Source: Candidatus Bathyarchaeia archaeon (GTDB taxonomy: Archaea; Thermoproteota; Bathyarchaeia; Bathyarchaeales; Bathycorpusculaceae). From it: a stretch of 64,000 nucleotides of DNA. The stretch's first letter is position 1. Each line of letters starts with the position of its first letter. Of the stretch, positions 48,799-58,902 are shown in pieces. Made by a program: the position numbers and the translations under genes. The stretch is from contig JAVZLQ010000005.1 in assembly GCA_038883655.1 (NCBI GenBank), positions 1-64,000 on the forward strand, given 5' to 3'. The notes below the pieces were generated by a model that saw only the letters and a list, made by a program, of their open reading frames with translations, did no database searches and was not told the origin of the DNA.

Positions 48799-48869
48799 AC
48801 CAATCACCAACAACAATAAAACACAGTAACTCTTAAACCTTTTCCACACAAACAATCACACAGCAAACA

Positions 48870-48957
48870 GCGGGGGTCGCCGAGCCTGGTCAAAGGCGCA
48901 GGCTTCAGGAGCCTGTCCCGTAGGGGTTCGTGGGTTCGAATCCCACCCCCCGCACCA
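48870..48957 (+). tRNA. tRNA-Leu(CAG)
   Basis: GCGGGGG/CCCCCGC plus ACCA; CAGGC-TT-CAG-GA-GCCTG; long variable arm. Confidence 0.95.
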
Positions 48958-49118
48958 AAAATAAAGCCCATACAAAGCATATTTTGACGAAATAATCCAA
49001 ATTTAGAGAACATTGGCGGGACAAAGTTCAATGTAAAACTTACAGTACATTGTACTTAAATCCCACAAAAGTTTGAAAAACCTTCATAAAATGTAGCGAA
49101 CATCGTATTTACTTTAAA

Positions 49119-49193
49119 CGGGCGGGGTGGGATTTGAACCCACGACCACAAGCTTAGGAGGCTTGCGCCCTATCCATGCTAGGCTACCCGCCC
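49119..49193 (-). tRNA. tRNA-Arg(CCU)
   Basis: Minus-strand cloverleaf, CAAGC-CT-CCT-AA-GCTTG. Confidence 0.95.
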
Positions 49194-49288
49194 AGTAAGC
49201 ATAACTTGGCGAAATTCAAATTTTAACTTAGTGCTGTTTGCGTTCGCAAAAAGCTTAAACTGTGCTGCGTTACCAGAAATAGTGCGGT

Positions 49289-49407
49289 GCGGGGGTACCC
49301 GAGCCAGGTCTAAATAGGCTGTTGGGGCGCAGACCAGCCTAAGACAGGGGGGAGGACTTAAGATCCTCTGGCGTAGGCCTCCGTGGGTTCGAATCCCACC
49401 CCCCGCA
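49289..49407 (+). tRNA. tRNA-Leu(UAA) with 34-nt D-loop intron (49314-49347)
   Basis: GAGGA-CT-TAA-GA-TCCTC; BHB GTCT/AGAC with AAA and AGG bulges, stem TAGGCTG/CAGCCTA. Confidence 0.92.
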
Positions 49408-49491
49408 CTTTGCCAGAACCTTCAGGAGAAATCTCTACAGAGTGCATTAGAGGGGAGGGGCTAAGGAAAATAGAGCCTAGCCATGCGCCAT

Positions 49492-49570
49492 TTTCCAAAA
49501 ACCTAGAGGGGGCATCAAATTTGGGACGCCTGCAACTGCGCAAAATTGACTTTCCAAAAATCTAGAGGGG
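49492..49570 (+). repeat. Two 20-bp direct repeats TTTCCAAAAA(C/T)CTAGAGGGG
   Basis: Copies at 49492 and 49551 with one mismatch; a 17-bp inverted copy at 54654-54670. Confidence 0.6.
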
Positions 49571-49624
49571 TTAGGTTCGTACTGACTTGTTCTTAAGCTA
49601 AAAATGTTGCTCTCGTTGATGTAA

Positions 49625-49699
49625 TGGACGGGGCGGGATTTGAACCCGCGGCCTCCACGATGCCAACGTGGCGATCATTCCAGGCTGATCTACCCGCCC
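49625..49699 (-). tRNA. tRNA-Ala(GGC)
   Basis: CCACG-TT-GGC-AT-CGTGG; G3:U70 pair. Confidence 0.95.
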
Positions 49700-49742
49700 T
49701 TTTTCATGGTATTTCGTTTTTTGTTAGGCTATAAGTGTTTCC

Positions 49743-51158
49743 TTAGCCATAGTGAATATATTGTTGCATTAGTTTTTCGATTTTTTCTGGTTTTTCTGCA
49801 ATGTTTTTCCATAAATCCTTATCTCTGTAAGCCCTTAATTTTTCAATTGTTTTTTTGATCAGTTTTTTGGGGAATACGCCGTTTGCTTCGTAAAGTTTTC
49901 TGTCCTTCAAGAGATTTTTGGCTGATTCATAGCATGATTTTGGCAGCATCTTAAGCCTCTTGCCTTTACCTTTCCCGTTTATGTGCAGTTTTTCAGCAGT
50001 TTTTAGGGCTTCCTCGGGGTTTTCTAAGGCGTGGTTTATGGCTACGACCATCCCAGCGAACAGTAGGAAGGCGTTTGCGAACGGGTCTGGTGCCCTGTAC
50101 TCGATTGTTTTTCGGGTGTTTTCTATTTCAGTTTGCGTGTTTAGGAAGCCCCACCATAATGGTATGCGTATTAATGCCAAGCGGTTTCTTTCGCTCCAGC
50201 AAATGTACATCGGCGATTCCCTTCGCGCAATAAAGCGCAGATATGAAATTGGCGTTGGGTTTCCAAAAGCCGTTAAGCTTGGCGTGAAGCTCAATAATCC
50301 ACCAATAATTTTCAAGCCTTCTTCGCTGATGGCGCCATTTGGACTGGCAATTACGTTAGAACCATTTTTAATTGCGCAGAAGTGGATGTGCATGCCGTTT
50401 CCAGCGTGTTCAAAGGATACTTTTGGGGAGAAGGAAACTGAAACTCCGTTCCTTGCACAAACGTTTCTAATAATCCACTTAGCAACCGCAATGTTTTCCG
50501 CCATATCCGCAAGGTCTTGCGGCAAAAACTCCACTTCGTGCTGCTCCATCAACACTCCATCCTTACGCCTCAACCATCCAACCTCGCTGTGCGCATATTT
50601 CGTTGCAACACCAACTTCAGAGAGCGTAACCAAAATCTCATCCCTTAAACCTTCAAAGCGCGAGAAGGGCGCGGATTCATGGTAATTTCTATCCGGCACA
50701 TTTTGAAACTGTGCTTCGCTTGTCTCCCTCGCGATTATGTAAAATTCAAGTTCAGTCAGCGCCTTTACGCTGACTCCTCTCGATGATAATAGTCTCTCTT
50801 CTGCCCTTTTCAGGATAGTCTTTGGAGCTATATCCAGAGGTTTACCATTTTCATCCAAATAATCGCATAAAATGTTCAGCGTAGGAGTGCTTGAGAAAGG
50901 GTTTATGAAGGCTTTTTTGATGTTTGGTTTTATGTAGATGTCGCTTTTCTCCGATTCGATGAATGAGAACAAGTTTGAGCCGTCAACCCTTTCGCCGAAC
51001 TCAAGTATCTGGGAAACTCTACTTTTATCTGATGCGTAGAAACTCAGCGTTTTAAGTCTGCCATCTTCTGGTATGTGGCACAAATTTAGAATTTTTATGC
51101 CTTTTTCGGCGATAAATTTGGCAATTTCCTCTTTTTCGGTAAAACTGATTTTCTGCAT
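49743..51158 (-). CDS. Glutamine synthetase family protein
   Basis: DGS, ELEFY, HSEVG..QHE, GNGMHIH, NRLALIRIP, IEYRAPD. Confidence 0.88.
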   Translation of the reverse strand: MQKISFTEKEEIAKFIAEKGIKILNLCHIPEDGRLKTLSFYASDKSRVSQILEFGERVDGSNLFSFIESEKSDIYIKPNIKKAFINPFSSTPTLNILCDYLDENGKPLDIAPKTILKRAEERLLSSRGVSVKALTELEFYIIARETSEAQFQNVPDRNYHESAPFSRFEGLRDEILVTLSEVGVATKYAHSEVGWLRRKDGVLMEQHEVEFLPQDLADMAENIAVAKWIIRNVCARNGVSVSFSPKVSFEHAGNGMHIHFCAIKNGSNVIASPNGAISEEGLKIIGGLLSFTPSLTAFGNPTPISYLRFIARRESPMYICWSERNRLALIRIPLWWGFLNTQTEIENTRKTIEYRAPDPFANAFLLFAGMVVAINHALENPEEALKTAEKLHINGKGKGKRLKMLPKSCYESAKNLLKDRKLYEANGVFPKKLIKKTIEKLRAYRDKDLWKNIAEKPEKIEKLMQQYIHYG

Positions 51159-51344
51159 TGAATATTCATCTCTGTTTCGGGTATTCTATTCATTATTAAC
51201 TGATATTTTAACTCTCCCACAAAAGTTCACATTAGTAATAAGTAGGTGTAGCCTTTCACTAGGATATGTCTTAGGGATTCGCTATGTTTATTTATAAAGA
51301 ACTTCATTTATAAGGTTGAAAAGCACGAGCAAGGATGAATGTTA

Positions 51345-51896
51345 ATGTCCAAGAAAAACCCAACGAAGGATGAAGCCCTAGAAGCCCTAGACTTTATAGT
51401 CAACGTTTTGAAGGAACATGAAAAGGATTTGGACAAGCTGATAAATGAGTTGGGTAACATAACCGAAAGATTAGGCGACACGGGCGAATTAAGCAGCAAA
51501 ATCGAAAAGGTTGAAGAAAGGCTTACTACATTACAAAATGAAATAACAAACCTAATCACCTACTTATCAGCTCCACGCGAAACAGCACAAGTCCCAGCAC
51601 AATCAGCAGAACAAAAAACAACAGTCGTGGAAGCCAAAGAGCTGCGCGGTCCACCAGTGATTTTGCGTTGCAAACAATGGGAAGATTTTCAAACGTTAGC
51701 CCACCAAGCGCAGACGGTTTCATTCCTCTATCGAGAGGCTGAAAAAAGCTTCCAAGTTGACGCCCTAAAAAACAACCAAATAGTAACATACAGCGGCGAG
51801 TTACCAAAACCAACAGCACTGCTAAAGTCTTGGCTAGCTAAACAACTTGACATTGACGAAAAGAAAATTTTAGAGGGCATATTAGCCATAGGCTAA
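51345..51896 (+). CDS. Hypothetical coiled-coil protein
   Basis: Long ORF with coiled-coil N-half; no recognised motif. Confidence 0.65.
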   Translation: MSKKNPTKDEALEALDFIVNVLKEHEKDLDKLINELGNITERLGDTGELSSKIEKVEERLTTLQNEITNLITYLSAPRETAQVPAQSAEQKTTVVEAKELRGPPVILRCKQWEDFQTLAHQAQTVSFLYREAEKSFQVDALKNNQIVTYSGELPKPTALLKSWLAKQLDIDEKKILEGILAIG

Positions 51897-51972
51897 AGCC
51901 TCCAGTTTGTACGTTGCTGGTATTCAGCAAAGCTTTTATAAGAGAATTGTATCTTAAGTCTTACGATGAGAC

Positions 51973-52101
51973 TTGGAGGGCTAGGGTTGAAGGCGAAACC
52001 AGCAGCCAAGAACTGTTTTTCCGTTTTTCGAAGCCTTCTCCTTTCTCCTCGATGACGGAAATGGCTGCGTGGTTAGCCAACAAACAATGAAAGCCCTCCA
52101 A
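51973..52101. ncRNA. Candidate structured RNA (long hairpin)
   Basis: Nested pairs TTGGAGGGCT/AGCCCTCCAA, AACCA/TGGTT, GCAGCCA/TGGCTGC, TTTCCGT/ACGGAAA, TCGA/TCGA; TATA-like AAAGCTTTTATA at ~51929. Confidence 0.45.
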
Positions 52102-52116
52102 AAACGGTGAACAACA

Positions 52117-52263
52117 ATGGACGCGGATGAAAAGCACGCAAAGAAAATCCTTGAAGAATTTAAGCATTTTAAAATGGCGATGGAAGAGCTGCACTTTCTC
52201 AAGCAGATTTCGAACGACTTAAAGAGCTTTAGGGAAATGCTTACGCTTAAAAAGTATGATTGA
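52117..52263 (+). CDS. 48-aa helical microprotein (not in track)
   Basis: [48 protein letters not shown]; GGTGA RBS. Confidence 0.55.
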   Translation: MDADEKHAKKILEEFKHFKMAMEELHFLKQISNDLKSFREMLTLKKYD

Positions 52264-52315
52264 TGTGGATGAATCCTTAAATATTTTCCATCCATATTCT
52301 CTTAGGCGAATTAGA

Positions 52316-53752
52316 ATGGCGCCTAAAGCAGCGGAAATATGGTTGTTTAATACTCTAACGCGTAGGAAAGAAAGGTTCGTCCCAATAGAAAAGGGAAAAG
52401 TCAAAATGTACTGCTGCGGACCAACTGTTTACTGGTACGCGCACATCGGAAATTTTCGCACATACATTTTTGAAGACTTGCTTAGACGAGTTTTTGAGTT
52501 TAACGGCTTCAAAGTAGAGCATGTGATGAATATCACTGATGTTGGACATTTAACGTCGGACGCTGACACTGGCGAGGACAAAATTGAGGTGGGAGCGAAA
52601 AGGGAACGCAAAACTGCCTGGGAAATCGCTGAATTTTACACAAAAGCCTTCTTTGAAGATGCTGAAAAACTTAACATATTGAAACCGACGGTCATATGCA
52701 AGGCGACAGACCACATCCAAGACATGATAGCGCTCATTAAGAGGATTGAGGAGAATGGCTACACTTACATTATCGATACTGGAGTTTACTTTGACACTTC
52801 AAAGTTGAAGGATTATGGAATACTAACTGGAATGGACTTCAAGAGGCTAAATGAGTCGCTGAAGGCTGGAGCACGTGTGGAGTTTAACCCGCAAAAACGA
52901 AACATAACAGACTTTGGGCTTTGGCTCTTCTCACCGAAAGATAAGAAGAGGCAGATGGAATGGAACTCACCTTGGGGTGTCGGCTTTCCAGGATGGCACA
53001 TAGAATGCAGCGCCATGAGCATGAAATATTTAGGCGAAAACTTCGACATACATTGCGGCGGAATAGATCACATACCAATCCACCACACAAACGAAATTGC
53101 ACAAGCAGAAGCGGCAACTGGAAAGAGGCTAGCCAACTATTGGATGCACGGAGCCTTTCTTGTCTTTGGTAAATCTGTACGCATGGCTAAATCGGCTGGA
53201 GAAATAATAACCGTCAAAAACTTGATTAAGGAAGGTTATGATCCACTTGCCTTTAGGTACTTGTGCCTGACAGCCCATTACAGATCGGAGCTTGTTTTCA
53301 CTTGGGAAAGCATGGACGCGGCGCAAAAGGCTTTATCCACGTTGAGGGAGCACATGCGTAAATTTAAGGAAAGCTCTGAAGACGAAGTAAAAGAGACAGC
53401 AAAGGCTGATGAATACAGAAACGCCTTCCTGGAAGCCATAAACGACGACTTGAACATGCCAAAAGCCCTTACAATAGTTTGGAAACTCGTGAGAGAGGAG
53501 AAAGACCTAAGCTACTGCGAAAAATATAAGCTGCTGCGCGAATTTGACAAGGTTTTATCCCTAGATTTGGAAAAGGAGGAGGTTTTGGAGAAGTTGCCAG
53601 AGGAGGCTGAAGTTCTCATTAGAAAGCGGGAGGAAGCTAGAAAAGCCAAAGACTGGGAAACGGCTGATAGGATTAGAGAGCAGCTTAGAGCCATGGGCAT
53701 AATTGTTGAGGACACGCCTCAAGGAGTAAAATGGCGAATAGAAAAGCGTTAG
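52316..53752 (+). CDS. cysS: Cysteinyl-tRNA synthetase
   Basis: [31 protein letters not shown]. Confidence 0.96.
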   Translation: MAPKAAEIWLFNTLTRRKERFVPIEKGKVKMYCCGPTVYWYAHIGNFRTYIFEDLLRRVFEFNGFKVEHVMNITDVGHLTSDADTGEDKIEVGAKRERKTAWEIAEFYTKAFFEDAEKLNILKPTVICKATDHIQDMIALIKRIEENGYTYIIDTGVYFDTSKLKDYGILTGMDFKRLNESLKAGARVEFNPQKRNITDFGLWLFSPKDKKRQMEWNSPWGVGFPGWHIECSAMSMKYLGENFDIHCGGIDHIPIHHTNEIAQAEAATGKRLANYWMHGAFLVFGKSVRMAKSAGEIITVKNLIKEGYDPLAFRYLCLTAHYRSELVFTWESMDAAQKALSTLREHMRKFKESSEDEVKETAKADEYRNAFLEAINDDLNMPKALTIVWKLVREEKDLSYCEKYKLLREFDKVLSLDLEKEEVLEKLPEEAEVLIRKREEARKAKDWETADRIREQLRAMGIIVEDTPQGVKWRIEKR

Positions 53753-53757
53753 GGCGC

Positions 53758-54555
53758 TTACGCCTCAAACACGTTTTTTCCATGAAAATTCCACTCATCA
53801 GTCGCATATTTTTCTCTGCAAAGTTTTTCCGCTAACTCTTTTTCGTACGGCGTTAGTTCCTCTTCTATCAACTGTATTTTTAGTGTTTCTTGGAAACCGT
53901 CAATTAACGCCTTATACACCGTCTCAAGCGAGATGTTTTTTCCAAGTTCTGCCTTTATTGATGTTATCTTGTTTTTGGCTATGCCGACGATTTCCATGCA
54001 CGTTTTCGCCCATGGCACTCTTAAAAAAGTGAACATCTTCTCCAAGTTTACGTCTAAAAGAATTGTACCATGCTGTAAAACTGTTCCAGTCTTATGGCAT
54101 TGGGCGCTTCCAGAAATTTTTCGTCCAGCTATTGTTAGATTTGGGCATGCTCTGGCGTTTCCTTCATTAAAATCTGCTTTCAAGCCTAAAATCTGTAGGG
54201 CTTTAACTATTCCGCTGTAAATTTTTGTATAAACTTCAGATATGTCTTTAGCGCCTAGGTCTTCTTTGTTGGCGATTACGCTGTATGTGATTTCGCCTTC
54301 TGCATCGTGATAAACCGTGCCTCCGCCAGTTATTCGTCTAACAACGTCTACGCCGTGTTTGCGGCAGTTCTCCAAGTGAACTTCGTTGTTTATTTGCTGA
54401 AATTTTCCTATAGAAACTGCTGATGGATTCCATCTGTAGAAGCGCACCGTGTTAGGTACAAACCCATTTATCCTCGCGTTTAGTATAGCTTCGTCTATTG
54501 CCATGTTCGCGAAGGCGTTGTTAGTCTCGAGTTTTAATAGTCTCCATTGTCTCAT
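53758..54555 (-). CDS. Lipoate-protein ligase A family
   Basis: NMAIDE, RRITGGGTVYHD, KISGSAQ, LQHGT. Confidence 0.9.
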   Translation of the reverse strand: MRQWRLLKLETNNAFANMAIDEAILNARINGFVPNTVRFYRWNPSAVSIGKFQQINNEVHLENCRKHGVDVVRRITGGGTVYHDAEGEITYSVIANKEDLGAKDISEVYTKIYSGIVKALQILGLKADFNEGNARACPNLTIAGRKISGSAQCHKTGTVLQHGTILLDVNLEKMFTFLRVPWAKTCMEIVGIAKNKITSIKAELGKNISLETVYKALIDGFQETLKIQLIEEELTPYEKELAEKLCREKYATDEWNFHGKNVFEA

Positions 54556-54735
54556 TTCGAATAGGCTCCACGTTAAATTAGACTTGCTACTTTGGATTTT
54601 TGTTTTTTGCTGAAAGTGTATTTTTGGAGTTTTTTAAGCCAATAGGTGACTAGCCCCTCTAGGTTTTTGGTTTTGTGCCTCGTTCAGTTTAAATATTAGA
54701 TGTGTGATTAGTCGTAGCGAGAGGAAAAGTGCGCT

Positions 54736-55176
54736 ATGGGTTCAAAATCCCCAAGAGGCGAGTTCGCCGCTAGAAAATTGGTCGAGAAGCGGAAGAAGTT
54801 CCGTTGGAGTAGCATGTACTATAAAAGGCGAATGCTGATGCTCGACGTGAAGGCGGACCCGCTTGAAGGCGCTCCGATGGCGAGGGGCATAGTCTTAGAA
54901 AAGGTTGGTGTTGAAAGCAAGCAGCCAAACAGCGCTATACGCAAATGCGTTAGAACCCAGCTAATAAAAAATGGCAGGGTCATAACGGCGTTTTTGCCTG
55001 GAGACGGCGCCCTAAACGTTGTTGACGAGCATGACGAGGTTGTTGTTGAAGGAATCGGTGGCTCACGTGGGAGAAGCATGGGCGACATTCCAGGTGTGCG
55101 TTGGAAGGTCATAATGGTTAATGGCGTTTCGCTGAATGAGCTTGTTTATGGTAGAAAGCAGAAGCCTGCAAGGTGA
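54736..55176 (+). CDS. rps12: Ribosomal protein uS12
   Basis: [17 protein letters not shown]. Confidence 0.96.
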   Translation: MGSKSPRGEFAARKLVEKRKKFRWSSMYYKRRMLMLDVKADPLEGAPMARGIVLEKVGVESKQPNSAIRKCVRTQLIKNGRVITAFLPGDGALNVVDEHDEVVVEGIGGSRGRSMGDIPGVRWKVIMVNGVSLNELVYGRKQKPAR

Positions 55177-55766
55177 AATTTTTGAGTGAAAAGTCGGAAA
55201 AGCCTGAAATTAAACTTTTCAACAAGTGGAGTTTTAGAGACGTTCAAGTTAAGGACTTGGGATTGCAGAGGTACATATCGCTCAAGCCCATCGTTATCCC
55301 GCATAGCATGGGAAGACACGAGCACAAGCGCTTCCATAAGGCAAATGTGAACATCGTTGAGAGACTTGTAAACAATCTCATGCGCCCCGGGAAAAATGCT
55401 GGTAAGAAGGCTAAGGCAATAAACATTGTTGAGCATGCCTTTGAAATAATTCATTTGCGCACTGGCAGAAACCCTATAGAAGTGCTTGTTCGTGCTGTGG
55501 AGAACTCTGCGCCATGTGAAGATACGACGCGAATAAGCTATGGTGGCATAGTTTATCATTTGTCGGTTGATGTTTCGCCCCAAAGGAGAGTTGATTTGGC
55601 TTTGAGGTACATATGCGAGGGGGCAAGGCAAGCGGCTATGCATAACCCGCGCTCGATAGAAGAGTGCCTAGCGGAAGAGCTTATTTTGGCGGCGAATAAC
55701 GACATGAAGAGCTATGCTGTTTCAAAACGCCACGAGCTTGAAAGAATAGCCATGGCTTCAAGATAG
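55173..55766 (+). CDS. rps7: Ribosomal protein uS7
   Basis: [29 protein letters not shown]. Confidence 0.96.
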   Translation: MKFLSEKSEKPEIKLFNKWSFRDVQVKDLGLQRYISLKPIVIPHSMGRHEHKRFHKANVNIVERLVNNLMRPGKNAGKKAKAINIVEHAFEIIHLRTGRNPIEVLVRAVENSAPCEDTTRISYGGIVYHLSVDVSPQRRVDLALRYICEGARQAAMHNPRSIEECLAEELILAANNDMKSYAVSKRHELERIAMASR

Positions 55767-55776
55767 TTTTTTAACA

Positions 55777-56952
55777 CTACTTTGTATGGATTTCGACGAT
55801 ATCGCCATCTTCAAGCGTGAATGTGGCTCCAACTTTTTGTGGGCTAAATACCAAGCGTTTAGACCAGACCTTTGCAAATGAGAAGCGCTCGCTGAAGTCG
55901 CTGTGAATGTTTTTGGCTAAGTCGTAAACTGTTGCACCCTTCCGCAAAATGAACGGTTTTTCTGAATGCGTTCTTTCATTTGGCTCTTTGGTGTAAACCC
56001 TTATGATGTCCAAAGCCTTAAACAAAGTTTCTCCAAGCTTTTCCAAGCCGTATCGTTTTTCACATGAAACTGCAAGTATTGGCAGTTTACCGCTAACTTG
56101 GCTTTCCAGCAGCTTCAAATTGCTCTCCGCATCACTCTCATCAGCCTTATTTGCAATTATGATTGTTGGTTTATACACTGTGCTTTCAAAAACTGCATCT
56201 TCAACTTCATCCAAGGTCACTTCTCCAGAAATCTTAATAATTGCGTCTGTTATGCGGTAGCTTTTTAGCAGTTCTTCAACATCCTTTAATGTGCAGTCAA
56301 CAAGCCTTCCAACAAGGATTATACGCAAACCAACACCCATGTGCTTCTTCTCGATTTCAACACGCCCCCTAGGCTTGAAAACAGATATTCGCGCTTTTTC
56401 CAACTCTCCCAGAATTGTCAAAAGCTGATTAACTGGGTCTTGCGACAAGTCAATAACCAGAATTAAGCCGTCCGCATTGCGCGCTAAAGCTAGTGTTTGG
56501 AGACCCCAAGCTTTTCCGTCAGCAGAGCCCTCCATCAAAGCTGGGGCTTCTATAATCTGGAATTGAATATCCTCATAATTCATTATTCCAGGGACAGGCT
56601 CCCTTGTGGTGTAGGGTGCAGGTGAAACTTCAACTTTCGCGTTTGTAACCGCTCTGAGTAGGCTGCTTTTGCCAGAATTTGTTAATCCCAGAAGGGCTAT
56701 TTGGGCTGCACCTTCCTTTTCTATGAAAAATTTTGGTCCGCCTCGTCCAGTCTTCCTATGCTTTTTCTCTTCAATTTCCCTTCGTAGAACAGCCATTTGC
56801 TTCTTAACTTGGGCGCAAAGTTTAGCCGTGCCCTTATGCTTTGGAACCAAACTTAAAAATTCTTGCATGAGCTGGATTTTTTCTCTCGGGTTTCTTGCTG
56901 CCGAAACTTCAGCCCATTTGCGTTTGGCTTCAGCAGGCAAGTTTGTCGGCAT
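55777..56952 (-). CDS. DRG/OBG-family GTPase with TGS domain
   Basis: MPTNLP, PKHKGT, GLTNSGKS, YTT, NKAD, TGS domain. Confidence 0.9.
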   Translation of the reverse strand: MPTNLPAEAKRKWAEVSAARNPREKIQLMQEFLSLVPKHKGTAKLCAQVKKQMAVLRREIEEKKHRKTGRGGPKFFIEKEGAAQIALLGLTNSGKSSLLRAVTNAKVEVSPAPYTTREPVPGIMNYEDIQFQIIEAPALMEGSADGKAWGLQTLALARNADGLILVIDLSQDPVNQLLTILGELEKARISVFKPRGRVEIEKKHMGVGLRIILVGRLVDCTLKDVEELLKSYRITDAIIKISGEVTLDEVEDAVFESTVYKPTIIIANKADESDAESNLKLLESQVSGKLPILAVSCEKRYGLEKLGETLFKALDIIRVYTKEPNERTHSEKPFILRKGATVYDLAKNIHSDFSERFSFAKVWSKRLVFSPQKVGATFTLEDGDIVEIHTK

Positions 56953-57056
56953 AAACTGTTCTCATCCGGAAGTGAATTTGGAAAATCAACGTTAAATCTT
57001 TTCCGTAAAATCGCAAACTTTTAAATCACACAAGTAGTGAATTTGTTTGTGGAAAA

Positions 57057-57341
57057 ATGAACGTTGTAAAGGTAGAAGGCAAAGACAATAGGCATAAGGT
57101 TTTCCTTTATGCCTTAAGCACTTGCGCCTGGTGCAAGCTCACCAAGCAGTTTCTTAAGGAAAATGGAATCGCGTATGAGTATGTGGATGTTGACCTTTGC
57201 AGCGAAGAGGACAAGGAAAAGATTAGGAATGACATCCTAGCAAGGGGCGGAAGCCTAAGCTATCCAGCAATAATCATCGACGACAAGATTTTGATTAACG
57301 GCTTTAGGAAGGACAAAATTAAAGAGGCTTTAGGAATTTGA
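57057..57341 (+). CDS. Glutaredoxin/NrdH-like protein
   Basis: TCAWC, SYP, GF. Confidence 0.88.
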   Translation: MNVVKVEGKDNRHKVFLYALSTCAWCKLTKQFLKENGIAYEYVDVDLCSEEDKEKIRNDILARGGSLSYPAIIIDDKILINGFRKDKIKEALGI

Positions 57342-57877
57342 CAACACTTGAAGAAGTTAGGCGTAGAGCAGAAAGCGACGCGAAAACTCACGGTTACTAC
57401 TTAAACCCGAACGAAGAATTCCTAAAAGAGCTTCTTGAAGGCTTAAAAAGAAACGAGGAGCGCTATGGATACCCATCATGTCCATGCCGTCTCGCATCTG
57501 GAAAATTTGAGTTAGACAGAGACATAATCTGCCCATGCGACTACAGAAACGTAGACGTAGAAGAATTTGGAGCATGCTACTGCGCGCTCTACGTTAGAAA
57601 GGACGTTTTTGAGGGAAAAACTTCAATTTCGCCAGTTCCAGAACGCAGACCAATAGAAAAGCAAGTTAAAGCGTATGGCTCGAGCACAGAAGTTGTTGCC
57701 GAAAAGCCTCACGAAGAACCAGTTGCGGAAGCGCACGGCGCCAAAATGAAGCTTTGGTACTGTAAACAGTGCGGTTACATTGTTTACCGTGAAGAGCCGC
57801 CGTACATTTGCCCAATCTGTAAGGCGAAAAGGGAGATGTTCGCCGAAATAAGGTTAAAAATTGATTTGATCGGCTGA
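57338..57877 (+). CDS. Ferredoxin:thioredoxin reductase catalytic domain fused to rubredoxin-like domain
   Basis: CPC, CPC and CYC motifs; C-terminal CKQCG...CPIC. Confidence 0.88.
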   Translation: MTTLEEVRRRAESDAKTHGYYLNPNEEFLKELLEGLKRNEERYGYPSCPCRLASGKFELDRDIICPCDYRNVDVEEFGACYCALYVRKDVFEGKTSISPVPERRPIEKQVKAYGSSTEVVAEKPHEEPVAEAHGAKMKLWYCKQCGYIVYREEPPYICPICKAKREMFAEIRLKIDLIG

Positions 57878-57888
57878 CTGCACGCGTT

Positions 57889-58038
57889 TTACCTTGTCAC
57901 TTTTATTTCTATTTGCTTCCAGTCCTTCTTTATTCCCCTTAACGACGTGACTGCGCCGACAATTGTCCCGCTTAAAATTTTTACTACAAACTCATTTAAC
58001 GCTATTTCTTCGCCGTCAACAAGTAGCTTCGCATCCAA
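57889..58038 (-). CDS. 49-aa microprotein resembling the C-terminal domain of archaeal MobB-type proteins (not in track)
   Basis: MDAKLLVDGEEIALNEFVVKILSGTIVGAVTSLRGIKKDWKQIEIKVTR; GGAGGTGA RBS. Confidence 0.7.
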   Translation of the reverse strand: MDAKLLVDGEEIALNEFVVKILSGTIVGAVTSLRGIKKDWKQIEIKVTR

Positions 58039-58074
58039 CAATCTTCACCTCCAAACAAGCGTATAATCCGCCTT

Positions 58075-58674
58075 TCAATAAGTTTTCCCTTCTTGTTTCC
58101 GCATTTTGATTTGCTGAATAAAGTATGATAGGACAAGTATGAAGGCGACTATGGCGAAAACAACTGAAACCGAAATTATCAATATGTTGCTTGTTAAAGT
58201 GAATACCACTGAAATTGCCGCTAAGAATACGCCCATATAGAGGCTTGCGTTGCTGCGTAGGAAATGGCTGAACTCCGTTTGAATAACCTTCCTATACTTG
58301 TTGATTAGAAGCGCCATCGAAACTATAATTAGAAATGTGATTACAAAAGTGTATGTGACGTCAGCCCAATAGGCATGCGCGCTAAGCGTAAGCAGAATCC
58401 CAACTTCGTCGCCTATTAGCCCGCCTCCAGCGCCGAAGAGAATAGCAGCCAAACGGTCTACTTTTTCGCTTTGGTAGCTTATTCCAAGCCAGCCGCCCAC
58501 CGCCAAAAGCGCTATACCATACCAGAAGTGGTGAATGTGGTACTCTCCACTTTCGAGTACTATGTCTGGATTAAGCGTTGTGAATGTTCGTGCTATTAGG
58601 AAAGAGACTATAAAGGAGGTTAAGGCTATTATTGAAAGGTTCGGTTTTTCCTTGATTTCTTCGCGCATAATCAT
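58075..58674 (-). CDS. Hypothetical multi-pass membrane protein
   Basis: HIHHFWYG motif, GLIGDE, about six TMs. Confidence 0.7.
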   Translation of the reverse strand: MIMREEIKEKPNLSIIALTSFIVSFLIARTFTTLNPDIVLESGEYHIHHFWYGIALLAVGGWLGISYQSEKVDRLAAILFGAGGGLIGDEVGILLTLSAHAYWADVTYTFVITFLIIVSMALLINKYRKVIQTEFSHFLRSNASLYMGVFLAAISVVFTLTSNILIISVSVVFAIVAFILVLSYFIQQIKMRKQEGKTY

Positions 58675-58902
58675 GGCTTATACCAGTTCCAGAATAGCCC
58701 ATGAGAACGCTCTTCATTTAAACTTTGCTAACAAAACAGATTAGGGAATAGTTTTCCATAAATTTTAAAAATACCTATGAAATTATTTCTGGAATAAGTC
58801 TTCGTTTCTGGCTTGTTAGTCCCGCGCTTTTAGGCGCATTGGGGAGGCTAATTAGTCGGATTCTGAAGGCTTAAAACACATAGATGAAGAAGGGCAAAGC
58901 AA

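Noticed and set aside
49492-49570. Mini CRISPR array
   Set aside because: Only two 20-bp copies, no cas genes or leader; no CRISPR array seen in the window.
51966-52080. Selenoprotein uORF with a SECIS-like GAA/A bulge
   Set aside because: Peptide has no redox motif, geometry differs from archaeal SECIS, and the hydrogenase motifs visible here use Cys.
58816-58852. Short GC-rich hairpin upstream of the beta-helix gene
   Set aside because: Imperfect and short; no recognisable family.
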